Positions 52,353 to 63,615 of a stretch of 64,000 bases of DNA are shown in pieces (within the stretch, counting starts at the first letter, position 1; every line of letters starts with the position of its first letter). Under the pieces are notes generated by a model that was given only the letters and a program-made list of their open reading frames with translations, ran no database searches and was not told the origin of the DNA. The DNA is taken from positions 2,653,561 to 2,717,560 of the forward strand of contig MU006089.1 of assembly GCA_010093705.1 (NCBI GenBank), in the 5' to 3' direction. The position numbers were made by a program, and so were the translations under genes. Source of the stretch: Patellaria atrata CBS 101060. Its lineage: Eukaryota.

Positions 52353-53949
52353 ATGAAGAAAACTAGTATATACGATACTAAGATATACTCACCTAAACAT
52401 GGGATTCTCATAAAATCTCGGTCGTTGGAATCGAAAGTTAAATACATAGTCAGTGTCTCCTTATTGACTCTGTTCATTTTCTTTGCGGGGTTCACAACTT
52501 TCAGATGGATTCCTGGCCTGAAGAAAAAATCGCATCTATTACTTGATCCTCGTGTTTCTATCGAGGATGGAAAACCCACGACACTAGGTTAGAACTCCTA
52601 GAACGCCTTCATATGCGACATAAACGAAGGAAAGATCCTAACGGCCGCTTCGAAGCTTGTTGAATTAGGACTGAAGGTTAAAATATCCGATGCATTCTTT
52701 CAAGATGAAAACTGATTGAGGACGCAGGCTATAAATACGTTAATGTTGACGACTGCTCGTCCATCAAAGAAGGCCGTGAGAAAAGGACCCAGAGATTACT
52801 GCCTGATGCTTCAAGATGCCCAAATGGTATCCATGGGAGTGCTGACAAAATACATACTATGGACCTAAAGATCGGTATTTACAGCGACGCTGGAACTCTT
52901 ACTTGCGGTGATTATCTAGGTAGTTTGGGATTCGAAGATATTGATGGCGAAACTTGGGCTGAATGGGACATTGACTGTGCGGTTAAATATTATGACTACA
53001 CTCCAGAGGGATTCGCTAACAGAACGTATAGATTTGAAGTACGATAGCTGCAATGTGCCCGAGAATTGGACTGATACTTGTGACTTTTGCGTCCCAGATT
53101 CTAGCTACCCATATGAACTCGTGAACGGAACTTGTAAGCAAGACTCTAGCTTTGGTTGTACTCGACTGATTCTATACTGATGAATTCTCAAGGCCTTTCG
53201 TATCCTGGGCTTTGCTCTGAGGGATACAACTACTTCAAATCTGACAGTTATGAACGCTTCCGTCGCATGCAAGAAGCCAACCAAACCAGGGTCAAAAAAT
53301 ATTGTTCGCGCTATGTAACGGTGGCCAAGCCAATGTCCAGCTATGGGGAAACTCTACCGCCATTTCTTAGCGAATGTCCGGTGACATCTATCTTCAGTGG
53401 CACCGTATCCTTGAAATTCTAAATGAAAACTCGTTCTATCTTAACAATGTTGACTTATTAGGTCACTCTGATGCTGATATGTTAGAGGTCGGCAGCCGCA
53501 CCCTCACCATAGCGGAAACACGGACTCACTTTACCATGTAGGCTGCTATGAAGTCACCACTTTTGATCGGTACAGACTTGAGTAGAATATCTACTGCAGA
53601 CTTGGCGATACTGAAGAATGAACATCTCTTAACCTTCAACCAAGATCCGATATTCGGTGCCCCAGCAATGCCGTATAAATGGGGTACCAATCCCGACTGG
53701 ACCTTCAATAGGTCCTTTCCCGCGGAGTATTGGTCTGGTCAGTCTGCACATGGAACACTTGTTCTGATGTTCAACCCTTACCCAGTTACTGTGAATCAAA
53801 CGATGACTTGGGCCGAAATCCCCTCTTTGCAAGAGCATGGGCCTTACTGCGTCTTAGACGTGTGGACCAATATGAATCTGGGGCCCGTCGACGAAAGCAT
53901 GAGCGTACTTATCGAATCTCGTGATACTGGAGTTTACTTAGTCACTTAA
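52353..53949 (+). pseudogene. GH27 alpha-galactosidase pseudogene
   Basis: Recognisable motifs LG*NS*NAF, YVNVDDC, IGIYSDAG..TC, DYLKYD, S*RMSGDI, DADMLEVG and HFTM*AAMKSPLLIG. In-frame TAG at 52590, 52599, 53368 and 53539. A 1-nt frameshift near 53285 and degenerate first-intron splice sites. Confidence 0.88.
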
Positions 53950-54371
53950 TTTCAAACGGATGAGCTCACATGGTTTCTGAACATATGGATGCCTGACAGC
54001 TCATCAGGGCGATGACTGAATGGTACTGAGGCAACAAAGCCGAACATCTTCATGTGAATGAACAACACCGCGAATGCGCATAGGGATATGTCTCGTATTG
54101 ACTCGCACTACTAGTTGTTGAATTTGAGACCTGTATAAATATGTAAGTCACAGGAGGTTTCTAATACGTAGTTTAGTAACTGGACTTGACCACACCGCAC
54201 ATAATTTATGACTCCGATATCGTCAACAAAATCTGCTACATTTACTCACAACATTAGAGTCTATAATTTTCACTCAGCAATGTTATCACGTGGGAAGAAG
54301 TATTCTTAGCTATAAATTAAAAACCCGGTACAAAGACTCACGCGCTTTCTATTTTATGGAGTATCCGCAAC

Positions 54372-55973
54372 ATGTCCGATACCAGGGACTTCGCATACAG
54401 CAGCCTCCATCCTCCTACTAGAACCTTATCAGACCTTTTCGATGAGATCGAACTTATGTGTATGAGCTGCACTCTACCCTTCCCCCTTAATTGGCATCGA
54501 CGGCATAATTTTCCACTTCAATGGACTGATCTTCAAATCGTTGGTGTATTGCTCCATGGACTAAGAAAACTGAGGGGAAAAGTGGTCCGTAAAATCGAAT
54601 GGAAACCCGATTTCCTAGATACGAATATAGTTGGCCCTTATTCCGGTGATATGATTCTTCTTCATCTCGACGAATCTGAGGTCCAGGAGTCGAATGCGGA
54701 GCGCTCCCCGAATGTGTACATGATACCAATCAACGCAGAATGGCAAGTAGCAAATGAGATACAAAACCTCCGAAATATGAACAGAGAAAGCCGGTTCGAT
54801 ATTATAGGGCCATTACGGGAATCGAACGCGCCCATGATTGCTGAGATGTACTCGCTTGGTTTCCAGAATCTCCTTCAGGACCTCGATGTCGTGCCCTTAA
54901 TTGTCAAAGACACATACCCAGCTTACGAACCTGGGAGAGAAGATACATTGGTGGGCCGTCGATCACCAGGCGGGATTATCCAATACATAGATATAGGACG
55001 TGCTATAGAAGCTTGGAACTACTATGGCACGATGGTACTTGATCCACAGAACTGGCAAGTTCTCTCTGATTGCGCCCTGTCTCATGGTTGGTGCTCGCTC
55101 GGGATACAGGAAGACTGGCGCCAGCGCTTTTCCACAGCGTTAAATGAGGAAGCAGAATTTTATAGCCTGAGGCATCAATGGAAGTCTGCGAAACTAATTA
55201 AGGATAAGGAGGCGATGAGAAGAATCAAGTCTGAGCAGCGTAAGCTATACCTCAATACCTTCTACAAATGCAGGGAGCAAGCTTTGTTCCAGGTCGTAGA
55301 ACCGTTACTAGCAGATGAAGATAAGAAAATCAAAGAGTTGGAGTCGGCTAATGCGGTGCTCGAAGCACAGAAACTCATACTGAACAACGAGACTTGCACA
55401 GTCGAGGTACTGATGCAAGGGTATGAGGCAAGTCAGAAACAAGCACGAGCAGTCATTGATCAACTCGAGTACATTGAAACGCAAGTAGAAGGAATGGACA
55501 GCTTACTGGATTACTCGAAGACTCGCGTCAGAAAGATAGGGACAAGAATAAATCGACTCACCGCGCGAGATATACGCGAAAGCGAGACAAGAATAGAGGA
55601 AATAGCTAAGCGTCTTAGCACATCTGAAACAATCTCGTTCATAGCTAAGATAAGTGATGATCTTGACACAATAACTGAAATTACCTCGGCCATGGATGAG
55701 AGACTTACCTCTGTGGATGAGGGCTTAAAGAGTGCCATGGACCAGACAAGCGCGCATTACGGAGTGGTAGAGGAATGTCTGGTTTTTGTAGATGCTATGA
55801 GCGAAGAATCAACCAAATTGGCGAACAGACTCACGTCATTGAACATCATCGATAATCATCCATCCCGCAACCCTTCACCACCATCTTCGGATATTACTAC
55901 GTTCAGTCATTTCATCCATAGGAAAGCTCAAAGGGCTCAAGATGGGACACTGTTGCCATCCGATGAGTATTAA
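54372..55973 (+). CDS. Intronless orphan protein (533 aa): globular N-half, coiled-coil C-half
   Basis: Long uninterrupted ORF with a TATA-like tataaatt at about 54311. The C-terminal half is heptad-rich. No family recognised. Confidence 0.72.
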   Translation: MSDTRDFAYSSLHPPTRTLSDLFDEIELMCMSCTLPFPLNWHRRHNFPLQWTDLQIVGVLLHGLRKLRGKVVRKIEWKPDFLDTNIVGPYSGDMILLHLDESEVQESNAERSPNVYMIPINAEWQVANEIQNLRNMNRESRFDIIGPLRESNAPMIAEMYSLGFQNLLQDLDVVPLIVKDTYPAYEPGREDTLVGRRSPGGIIQYIDIGRAIEAWNYYGTMVLDPQNWQVLSDCALSHGWCSLGIQEDWRQRFSTALNEEAEFYSLRHQWKSAKLIKDKEAMRRIKSEQRKLYLNTFYKCREQALFQVVEPLLADEDKKIKELESANAVLEAQKLILNNETCTVEVLMQGYEASQKQARAVIDQLEYIETQVEGMDSLLDYSKTRVRKIGTRINRLTARDIRESETRIEEIAKRLSTSETISFIAKISDDLDTITEITSAMDERLTSVDEGLKSAMDQTSAHYGVVEECLVFVDAMSEESTKLANRLTSLNIIDNHPSRNPSPPSSDITTFSHFIHRKAQRAQDGTLLPSDEY

Positions 55974-56495
55974 GGATCACAAAACACTGTCGCTAAATCT
56001 AGCATACACAGATCTACCATATACATCGTTCCAATACTTGCTTCAAACATGTCCTTTGCGTTATCACGGTTCGCATTCCTCGTTCTCTGTACGCTTGTTC
56101 AACGAGTACTAGTAGGTTGTTCAGCCCGACGTATCAAGGAATTTCCACTGTCGGTACGGTCAAGTCATATGTACGGTCAAGAGCTCTCTGTACGCTCTCG
56201 ATTCTGCTATATAGTAGAGTCAAGGTTATTCTAGGAGTTAGGTGTACAGCAGCTGAATCAGTATTGATAAATTATTTGTACAGTACATCTGGGAATTTTC
56301 CCTACACCTTATACTTTCTGGTATGGTAAAGCTAAGGATACATTGAAAAGGGGAATACACATGTTTATAATGCACCGTTCCAACAATTGCGTCAATCATA
56401 TGCTCGTATGCTCATCCCTACCAGCAATATGCATCGTTTAACATGAACCTCCTAGCCAGCACATCATCCAAGCCCATTACCCATCAGTAGAGATG

Positions 56496-59481
56496 CTAAC
56501 CTCCGCAACCTCCACAACCTCCACAGCCTCCACAGCCCCCACAGCCTCCACAGCCCCCACAACCTCCAGCGCACCCTGAGCCGCATCCAGCACCGCAGCC
56601 AGATGCACACCCTCCAGCAGCGCCGCCACATCCACCAGCGCCACCACCTCCACCAACACACCCACCACCCCCATCACCGTCCCAATCGTCATCAGAGCCT
56701 GGGATATTCTTGGCCCTCGCCCTACCGTCTCTGAGCCTCTCATACTCTGCGATCTGGTCATTACGCTTCAAGTGCGCCCAGCTCGCGATGAAATAATGAT
56801 GGTACTTGCCCTTTTCGAATGCGTGGCTGAAAGGTTGTGCACGATGGACCCCACCGAGTTTCAGACGATCCTTCTTAGGGTCCTGGTGTGTATGTAGCCA
56901 GGCTGTTGCTTTCTGGAATGCTGGAGACTTGGCCATAGCTACTGCTGCATCGAGAAGAACATCTTGAGCAAGGAGGACAGTGAGGCGGTTTCGCATCCAT
57001 TCCTCTTCGTTTAAGGTTTGCGGTTTTGACGGATCCTTTAGAGGGTAGAGGCAGCGGTCACGAGCGAGATGGAGCGAAACGATGGACCAGGAGTCGAAAG
57101 GGAAGGCCCAGACATGTTTTGAGATGTTGCAGTCGTTGCATTTGGTTGGGTAACGACTATATGCCTCTGTGCAGTCCCAGGGGAAGAGGTCCTGATATTC
57201 GTAAAGGTTGCCACCGAAGGCACCCCAATCATACCAATATTCTTGGAGCGTGTCGATAATGTCCGATTCGTCGTGCCGGCCATGACGAAATTTGAGGAGG
57301 TATTCTTCAGTGAGGCCGCTCGGGACGTCATACTTGGACTTGATTGTCGGCTTGGTGTAGCTTCCAGGCCGACAGACAAAACTCATCAGGTACAGGGGTG
57401 CTGGTTGCCCGGTCGTCAATTCTTCCAGTGATGGCGTCGCGACAATGGAGCCGAATAAATTGTTGTCGATAATGGAATCGCAGAAATTCTGACAATTGTT
57501 GCTACGCATGCTCCATCGCAGGTTGGTTTTCCCGTCTAGGAGTCGCTCAGAGATACTCCGGAGGTATACATCTACCCTGGACTGGAGTAGTCTCTTCATC
57601 AAGGGCATAAGCCGATCGAGAGAGTGATTAAATAATGTATCTCTGTCGCTCTCACTGAGCCCAGCATCGTCGAGTTTGAGTTTACTACATTGTATCAGCG
57701 TCTTTAAGATTTCGTTTTCAAGTTCTTCGTTGAAGAGTCCTGTGAAGGCGCCGCCAACGACTTGTTTCATTACGGCCTTGTACCGTTTTCGCGATCGGCC
57801 TATTCGGTTTTGGGCCCATAAAGTCCTCTCATCAGTACCGGTAACAGCAAGGCTGCGCTCAATATCATGTCGGTTGCCATTAGATGCTTGGAGGGCTGGG
57901 GGATCACGGCTAGTGATCAGAGCACCGCCTCGTGTGCTATACTTCTGTTAGTAGATGCAATTGAGTAACATGTACTGTGACCTACTGTTCCACACCGTTC
58001 TCTATCACTAACGGACCAAGTTGAACAGCCATATGAACGTTTCCGAAAGGATACCTATCCGTGATCTTCCGCATGTAGAATGGTACATCATCTTCCATGT
58101 CTTCCTCCATTGCCATCGTAGATCCTGTCTCTGGATCGAGTTCAGTTGCATTGACGAGACTTTTCTCAGTAACACTGGTGAACTTAAACTGTTTCCTTTT
58201 ACCCGGTTTTGCAGCGGCCTTCTTTCCGCTCTTGAGCATCTTCAATTCTTTGTTAGCCGCTTTGACAGCAGCTTTCTCGTTATCCTTCTTCTCTTTTTCC
58301 TCTTGATTAGTCAATTTGACCTTTCGCTCCACCTTCGACAGCATACCAGCATACTTTGTTTCAGCAATTTCGTTGCCAAGTGCAAGAAGTGTACAGCTTT
58401 GCTTCCCATGACCGGTGTGCAAGAATTGGTCAGCTTTTGCCATCGGAAAAAGAGTGACGGATTGCAGTTGCACTGGAGTCCATTTTCTAGTCACACCGGG
58501 ACATTTGCACAGACTCCTGGCCATCGCCGGAGTGATGGCTTCATTGAGTATGCAATGTTTGTACGACTTAAGGAATCGATACGCACCACGCCTATCATTC
58601 CTATAGCAGGTCTCACAAATAGCTCCGAACTTGCCTGTGCTATCTACAAACATACTTCCACGAATGATGGTGCGGCATTCAGTACACCGAAGATAGTCGA
58701 AATATATTTTCTTAGATAGTACAGTAGGTTTACTGAGTGTGAGCTGAGGAGCTGCCGGTCTTCTCCAGAATGAAAGGTTGCTCAATGGAGGGCGATGCTC
58801 GATCAGTTTATCGATATCAAGGAAACCGGAACTTTGAAGGAGCATGCGGGCTCGTCTCATCAATTTTGGTGGGAAGCTTCGTGCTACACAAAGAGGTCAG
58901 TCTCAAGCAAGGTCAATTCTCCCTTCTATGTTGTTCACCTTCTAATGAGTCTCTGATATCAAGTCTTAAAGCTACACTGGCCTGAGTTGCAATTATATCC
59001 CGAGTCCTTTCCTGAATGGACTCAAGATAAGTGACTTGTTGCCCACTCTGCCACATCCGTCTTTTAACCTCTGTAACCCTCGTTAGCAATCAACATTACC
59101 AATAATAATAATAATAATAATATAGACTCTATGTACTGTACCATATCTATCAGCAAAATCTCGTGCACTTTGACTGACTTGATTGAGGAAGGTATCATAG
59201 CCATGAATGAAGTCATCTTCCTCGTCTTTTAGAACTACCTTTTTATACTGCGGTTGTTGCCACTTTCTCATGGTCAACAGTATGCACTCCAGCTCCCGCT
59301 TCACGCCATTCCAATACATCTCCTGGAGCTTGGGTAACAGATTTTCCTCGGCATATTCGATTTGCTGCCAAGGTAAATCCGCGGCGATTGTGATATGGCT
59401 ACTATCAGAGCTCTGTTTGCTCTGTTGACTAGAGTAACCTAGGAGACGAGACGATAACCCAAAGGGGAGTAGAGAGGTCAT
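56496..59481 (-). CDS. Large uncharacterised protein (about 935 aa): ZZ-like Cys finger, possible permuted papain-like domain, Gly/Cys-rich C-terminal tail; 4 exons
   Basis: Introns 59071-59141, 58884-58938 and 57937-57985 join ORFs 59083..59481, 57982..58863 and 56496..57770 in frame. Motifs CTECRTIIRG...ICETCY, FGNVHMAVQLGP and NNCQNFCD, ending GGCGGCGGCGGCGGCGGCGG. Confidence 0.85.
56499..56680 (-). repeat. Coding low-complexity repeat (Gly-Gly-Cys)n, 9-bp period
   Basis: The plus strand reads acctccacaacctccacagcctccacagcccccacagcc..., translating to (GGC)n on the minus strand. Confidence 0.9.
59101..59121. repeat. (AAT)7 intronic microsatellite
   Basis: aataataataataataataat lies inside intron 59071-59141. 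Confidence 0.9.
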
Positions 59482-59957
59482 ATCGAAAAGAGGTCATATA
59501 CACGACAGTAAAGACTACAATTTGAAGAAAAGGTCATCACGAAGACTAGAAATAGAAAAAGAATAAGGCTTCATTAAGTAGTTTCGAGTTACACAAGGCT
59601 GTAAAAGCTGTAAACCTCCACACCGGAAGTTGTGGCAGTGTCAAGTAACTGACTAAGGCCACTTTGGCCCTGAACGAAACGAATTGGGATGTGAGGTAAT
59701 TCCACTAAGGTATAAACATGCTTCTATACTTTTTACGTTTCATTTCGGCGAGAAATTATCGGTACTACTGCAAGGCTGAGAATCAGAGGCGCGGGGAGGT
59801 GGTCTGGAAGGGAGGGAGTCTCGTCGGTAGAAGAGTTAGCAACTAGGCCCGATTCGTCCGACTTACAAAGCCTTGGCGCACACAATTTTGGCCACTCCAC
59901 TTCATTACTATCCCGAGTGTCGACGTTCCAACCTTTGAACCTTCAATATCAAGCAAC

Positions 59958-60518
59958 ATGGTATGGACGATACGATGACTTTCGTGAGAGAAACAGCGCT
60001 GATTGATGAATAGGCACCAGCAGCAGGCGGCAAGAAGCAAAAGAAGAAGTGGTCAAAGGGCAAGGGTATGTAGAGCCGCTACCATTTGGCATTCTATCAA
60101 GCACAACCCTCAAAAGCCTATGTATCATATCGACCGTGGGTACAAAAATCAGGCGAATGCGATTGCTGATTGTGTTTTGTTCCCTATAGTTAAGGACAAG
60201 GCCAACCACGCCGTCGTCCTCGACAAGTCGACTTCCGACAAACTCCAGAAGGATGTCCAATCCTACCGCCTCATTACAGTTGCCACCCTCGTCGACAGAC
60301 TAAAGATCAATGGATCGCTCGCCAGAAAAGCCCTCGCCGATTTGGAGGAGAAGGGTCAGATTAAGAAGGTGGTTGGACATAGCAAGTTGAGCATCTACAG
60401 TATGTGAACCCCGCACTATACAACCATGATAAAATACAAGCTGGAGAAATCTCCAATCTGTTTTATGGAATTTGGCTGACTATTCTGCTTAGCGCGAGCG
60501 GTTGGTGCGGCCGAGTAA
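59958..60518 (+). CDS. RPS25: 40S ribosomal protein S25 (eS25), 4 exons, first coding exon is ATG only
   Basis: M|APAAGGKKQKKKWSKGK|VKDKANHAV...YRLITVATLVDRLKINGSLARKAL..KLSIY|TRAVGAAE*. Introns at 59961-60013, 60066-60189 and 60400-60492. Confidence 0.97.
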
Positions 60519-61200
60519 ATTTCCAACATGGCGTAGTATCCGGTCTAGGTGGCCTTTGCACTTGGGATGGTTTATGACACGATCCGTAACGGGGAGATGT
60601 AGGGGATGATGAATATCGATTGCATGATGGATTTCGGGTCGAACTATGTACTGCAATCCAATAGACCTGTTTTACGCCGAAGACTGTTGTGTTTTTGCAC
60701 GAAGGATACCTTGCTTACCTCATCCATTCGCGATTTTCTAATTTCCTAATGAGAGTCCACCGTTGGAGCGATCAGCGTCAAGAACCCTTCCTTGCTACAT
60801 CCATCGCTGAGGTCTACGGTAATGCACCTGGATCTGTATCACATCATATCAAACACACTCTTAGTCAAAACTATTTTACCTTTCGTAGTCGAATTGTATA
60901 ACAAACTAACGCCCAGTACCCAGGCCAGTGGATTGAGCATGTAGTTAAAAGTGAGTTAGCTCAGAGTGGAAACTGTACAACCGAGGGTACTGTACGAACG
61001 ACTGGCTTTAATGAAAAGTTCATTGAAGAGTCTGAAACTGTACATACGATGTGATGTAAAGGGTTACCTTCAAGAGATCAATGCAAGTCACTATTGAGTT
61101 TGGGTTCCGAAATTTGAAATGCTTTTCGTGGTACCAATACAAGTCCTGTCCCATCCATCTATCATCATGTTCTCGTTATAAATACAAGCGTCCCGTATCA

Positions 61201-62090
61201 CTAGCCCTCCTTCGATCTGGCCCTCTTCACGTCCTCCTCGAACCTCTCCCGCGTTGGCTTATGCTTCTTCGCTTCCTCACACAAAACTCTCTTCGGCAGC
61301 TTCTCCAACCATCCTCGCTCCCTCTTGACGTACCCCACCCAAAAATACGGTCGTCCCGTCTCTCCTCTAAACGTACGTGCCCAATTCTCAATCCCCTCTT
61401 TGACCCGTTTTCTAGCAATACGCAAATCCCTCTCGCGCTGCTTCTTCAGCTCCGCCTTCGGTATAGCCTTCTTCCCACCCTTCCGTCTTAAACCCCCGGA
61501 CTCCTCCACCTCCGCGGGGCCGGAATGGATGTGTGAAGGATCCTCTGGGTCTGCCGAGGAGTCATCCTCGAGTGGCATGTACATCTCCTCGACGCCGCGC
61601 ATGTCAGGTGTTATGTCATCTTTGAAGCAGCCGGTCAGAAAAGCCCGGGCAGCGTCATGGCCTGCAAAGAAGTGGTAGGAGCCGCCCGGTGAATACGTCT
61701 CTCGTCCCGCGGTCACGTCGTAGATGCTCCCGTTTAGCGCGAGGTAGATTGGTTTCGAGGGGTCGGAGCCATCGTAGGCGGAAAGCTCAGTATCAGTGAG
61801 GTAAAGAGGGCCTTTCTATAGGTGAATAGTTAACGTTGTGCATGGGTATTGGTATTGAGGGAGCGGTGTAGACATACCCACCAGCTCCCTACTTGTTGCG
61901 GACTCGTCCACCACGGCCGGTAACCCCAGAGTACGCTTTCGCCTGTTACGAGCCAGCTTGCGGCGCAATTGAGTAGCACTACGCCTGTGAGCACTCTGAG
62001 GATGTCTACTACGCCAATTCCTCCAATCTCAGCATCCTCTTCCGTTCGTACTCTCCTTCTTATTTGTGCTTTGTCCTTCGTATCCGCCAT
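61201..62090 (-). CDS. Cytochrome b5-like heme/steroid-binding (MAPR) membrane protein
   Basis: N-terminal TM segment, intron 61816-61877, then LTDTELSAYDGSDPSKPIYLALNGSIYDVTAGRETYSPGGSYHFFAGHDAARAFLTGCF and Y.WVG. Confidence 0.93.
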
Positions 62091-63615
62091 CTGGTGCAAC
62101 GCTCCTGCTATATCTCCACCACCTTTCGCTTTCTTTTAATGACTCCAGTTGACTCTCAATGGTGTTCTTTTCGTGAATGCCCCAAAAGTAGAAGTTAAGA
62201 AGTGGATAGTACGGGTTATGGGATGGGGGCGTAAACTCGAAAAAGCAGATTATAGCCGTACATTTGCTTTGCAACAACCCAAAGATGGACAAACACCGAG
62301 ATTCCGCAAAGTCAATTCCTATCTCGCAGAGTGGGCGAAGAAGGTCAAAGAGCCACTGGCCTGGTGGTGGCTGGTTCATTATTTATGAGGTCAATTCTCG
62401 GTTTGTTAATTTGAACCAGCCGAAAGCCAAGCAACAGCCTAGAGCTCTAGGCGGGGTGAGCCAGGGGTCTTTGGGCCTGATGAACAGAATTTCTAAGGCA
62501 CGGGTTCAATTGATACCTTATTTACTAACGAGATATCTGTCTTCTCACTATCGAGGCGTCGTGGGCGTTTACGCGGTATAACCCTCAACCCCACTACCCT
62601 CATCGACAAGAAAGGGAATTTCGATATCGTATGGTAGAAAGACGCTCAGGGATTTCGTTTCGTTGACGTCTAACATAAGGGATAAGGTTATCAATGTCCA
62701 CCTAGAGAAAAATACCTTCCATAGAAGTTTCCTGTTGGCTTTTGTCTCGTTTCTTCCTCTTCTCTTCTCTCTGTGCATTCTTCTATCTCCTTTTGTCGTT
62801 TTCTTGAAGAGTGGAAAGAGTTAGAAGAAACGATAAGAATTCTGTCAAGCGTTGGTGCAGATATTTGACTTCTGGGCGTCCGAATAGTGGTCAGTAGAGG
62901 TGGTAAGGTGTCTAGGGGGGGATCGATGAAGGTGTTGGATCCTAACGAGGAGAGGAAGGAAAGCATCAACACTTGAGCGTCTAGAGTCAAAACGGAACTG
63001 CGTACGGTATGTTTTGTGCTGGATTATGCTCAGAGGGACTTCTTGAAGTAGTCACAAGAGTGGAAAAGAGCAGTAGGTCGACTGCGAGCAAAGTTATGCG
63101 AAGAACTGGGACTTTTGTATTTACGTAGCAAATGCAAGGGATACGATATAGATATTCGCCATAGAGTTATCATTATCGTTGCTTCAACCCTTTTCTTACA
63201 AATCAGATACATTAGGGAGCCAACAATGATTTGAATTCGAGATTACGCCCGTATGCGTACAGAAAGCGTAAAAATAGGCAACGGGCATTAAACATAGGTA
63301 AGCCTTTGTTGTTGGATATATTAATCAGCTGGCGAATTTGAGGCTTTCGCGTTTTCGTACGAGTGCAAGGGATTGGATAGTGTATTTGTGAAGTGCTTTG
63401 TAGGGCTTTTACGTTATTTTACATTTTGCACCGAATCTAATATTTAAACCCAGTAGGTTTACTGGCTGGGTCTTGAGCCTTAGGACGAATCAGTGCATAA
63501 ATATCACATGGACTCCTTCTATGCTATTCTACAATATGCACATCGCTTGTTGCGATCAGGGAGGATCAAAATTCCTTTCCCCAAAATCCCACCGTCCTGA
63601 GCGGACGATATCGAA

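Noticed and set aside
52581..53560. Genome-wide reassignment of TAG to Trp
   Set aside because: TAG ends many intact genes here (e.g. MIR1, BTB protein, amylase), and Trp is encoded by TGG elsewhere, including in this locus.
59961..60492. Intronic box C/D snoRNAs in the RPS25 (and RPS5) introns
   Set aside because: No convincing RTGATGA...CTGA pair with a terminal stem; the CTGA words coincide with branch points.
60951..61010. tRNA-like start (TTAGCTCAGAGTGG)
   Set aside because: No T-loop GTTCRA, acceptor stem or cloverleaf follows.
62149..62388. Trp-rich 79-aa plus-strand ORF
   Set aside because: It has a non-ATG start, lies in the MAPR gene's promoter region, and shows no recognisable family or splice support.
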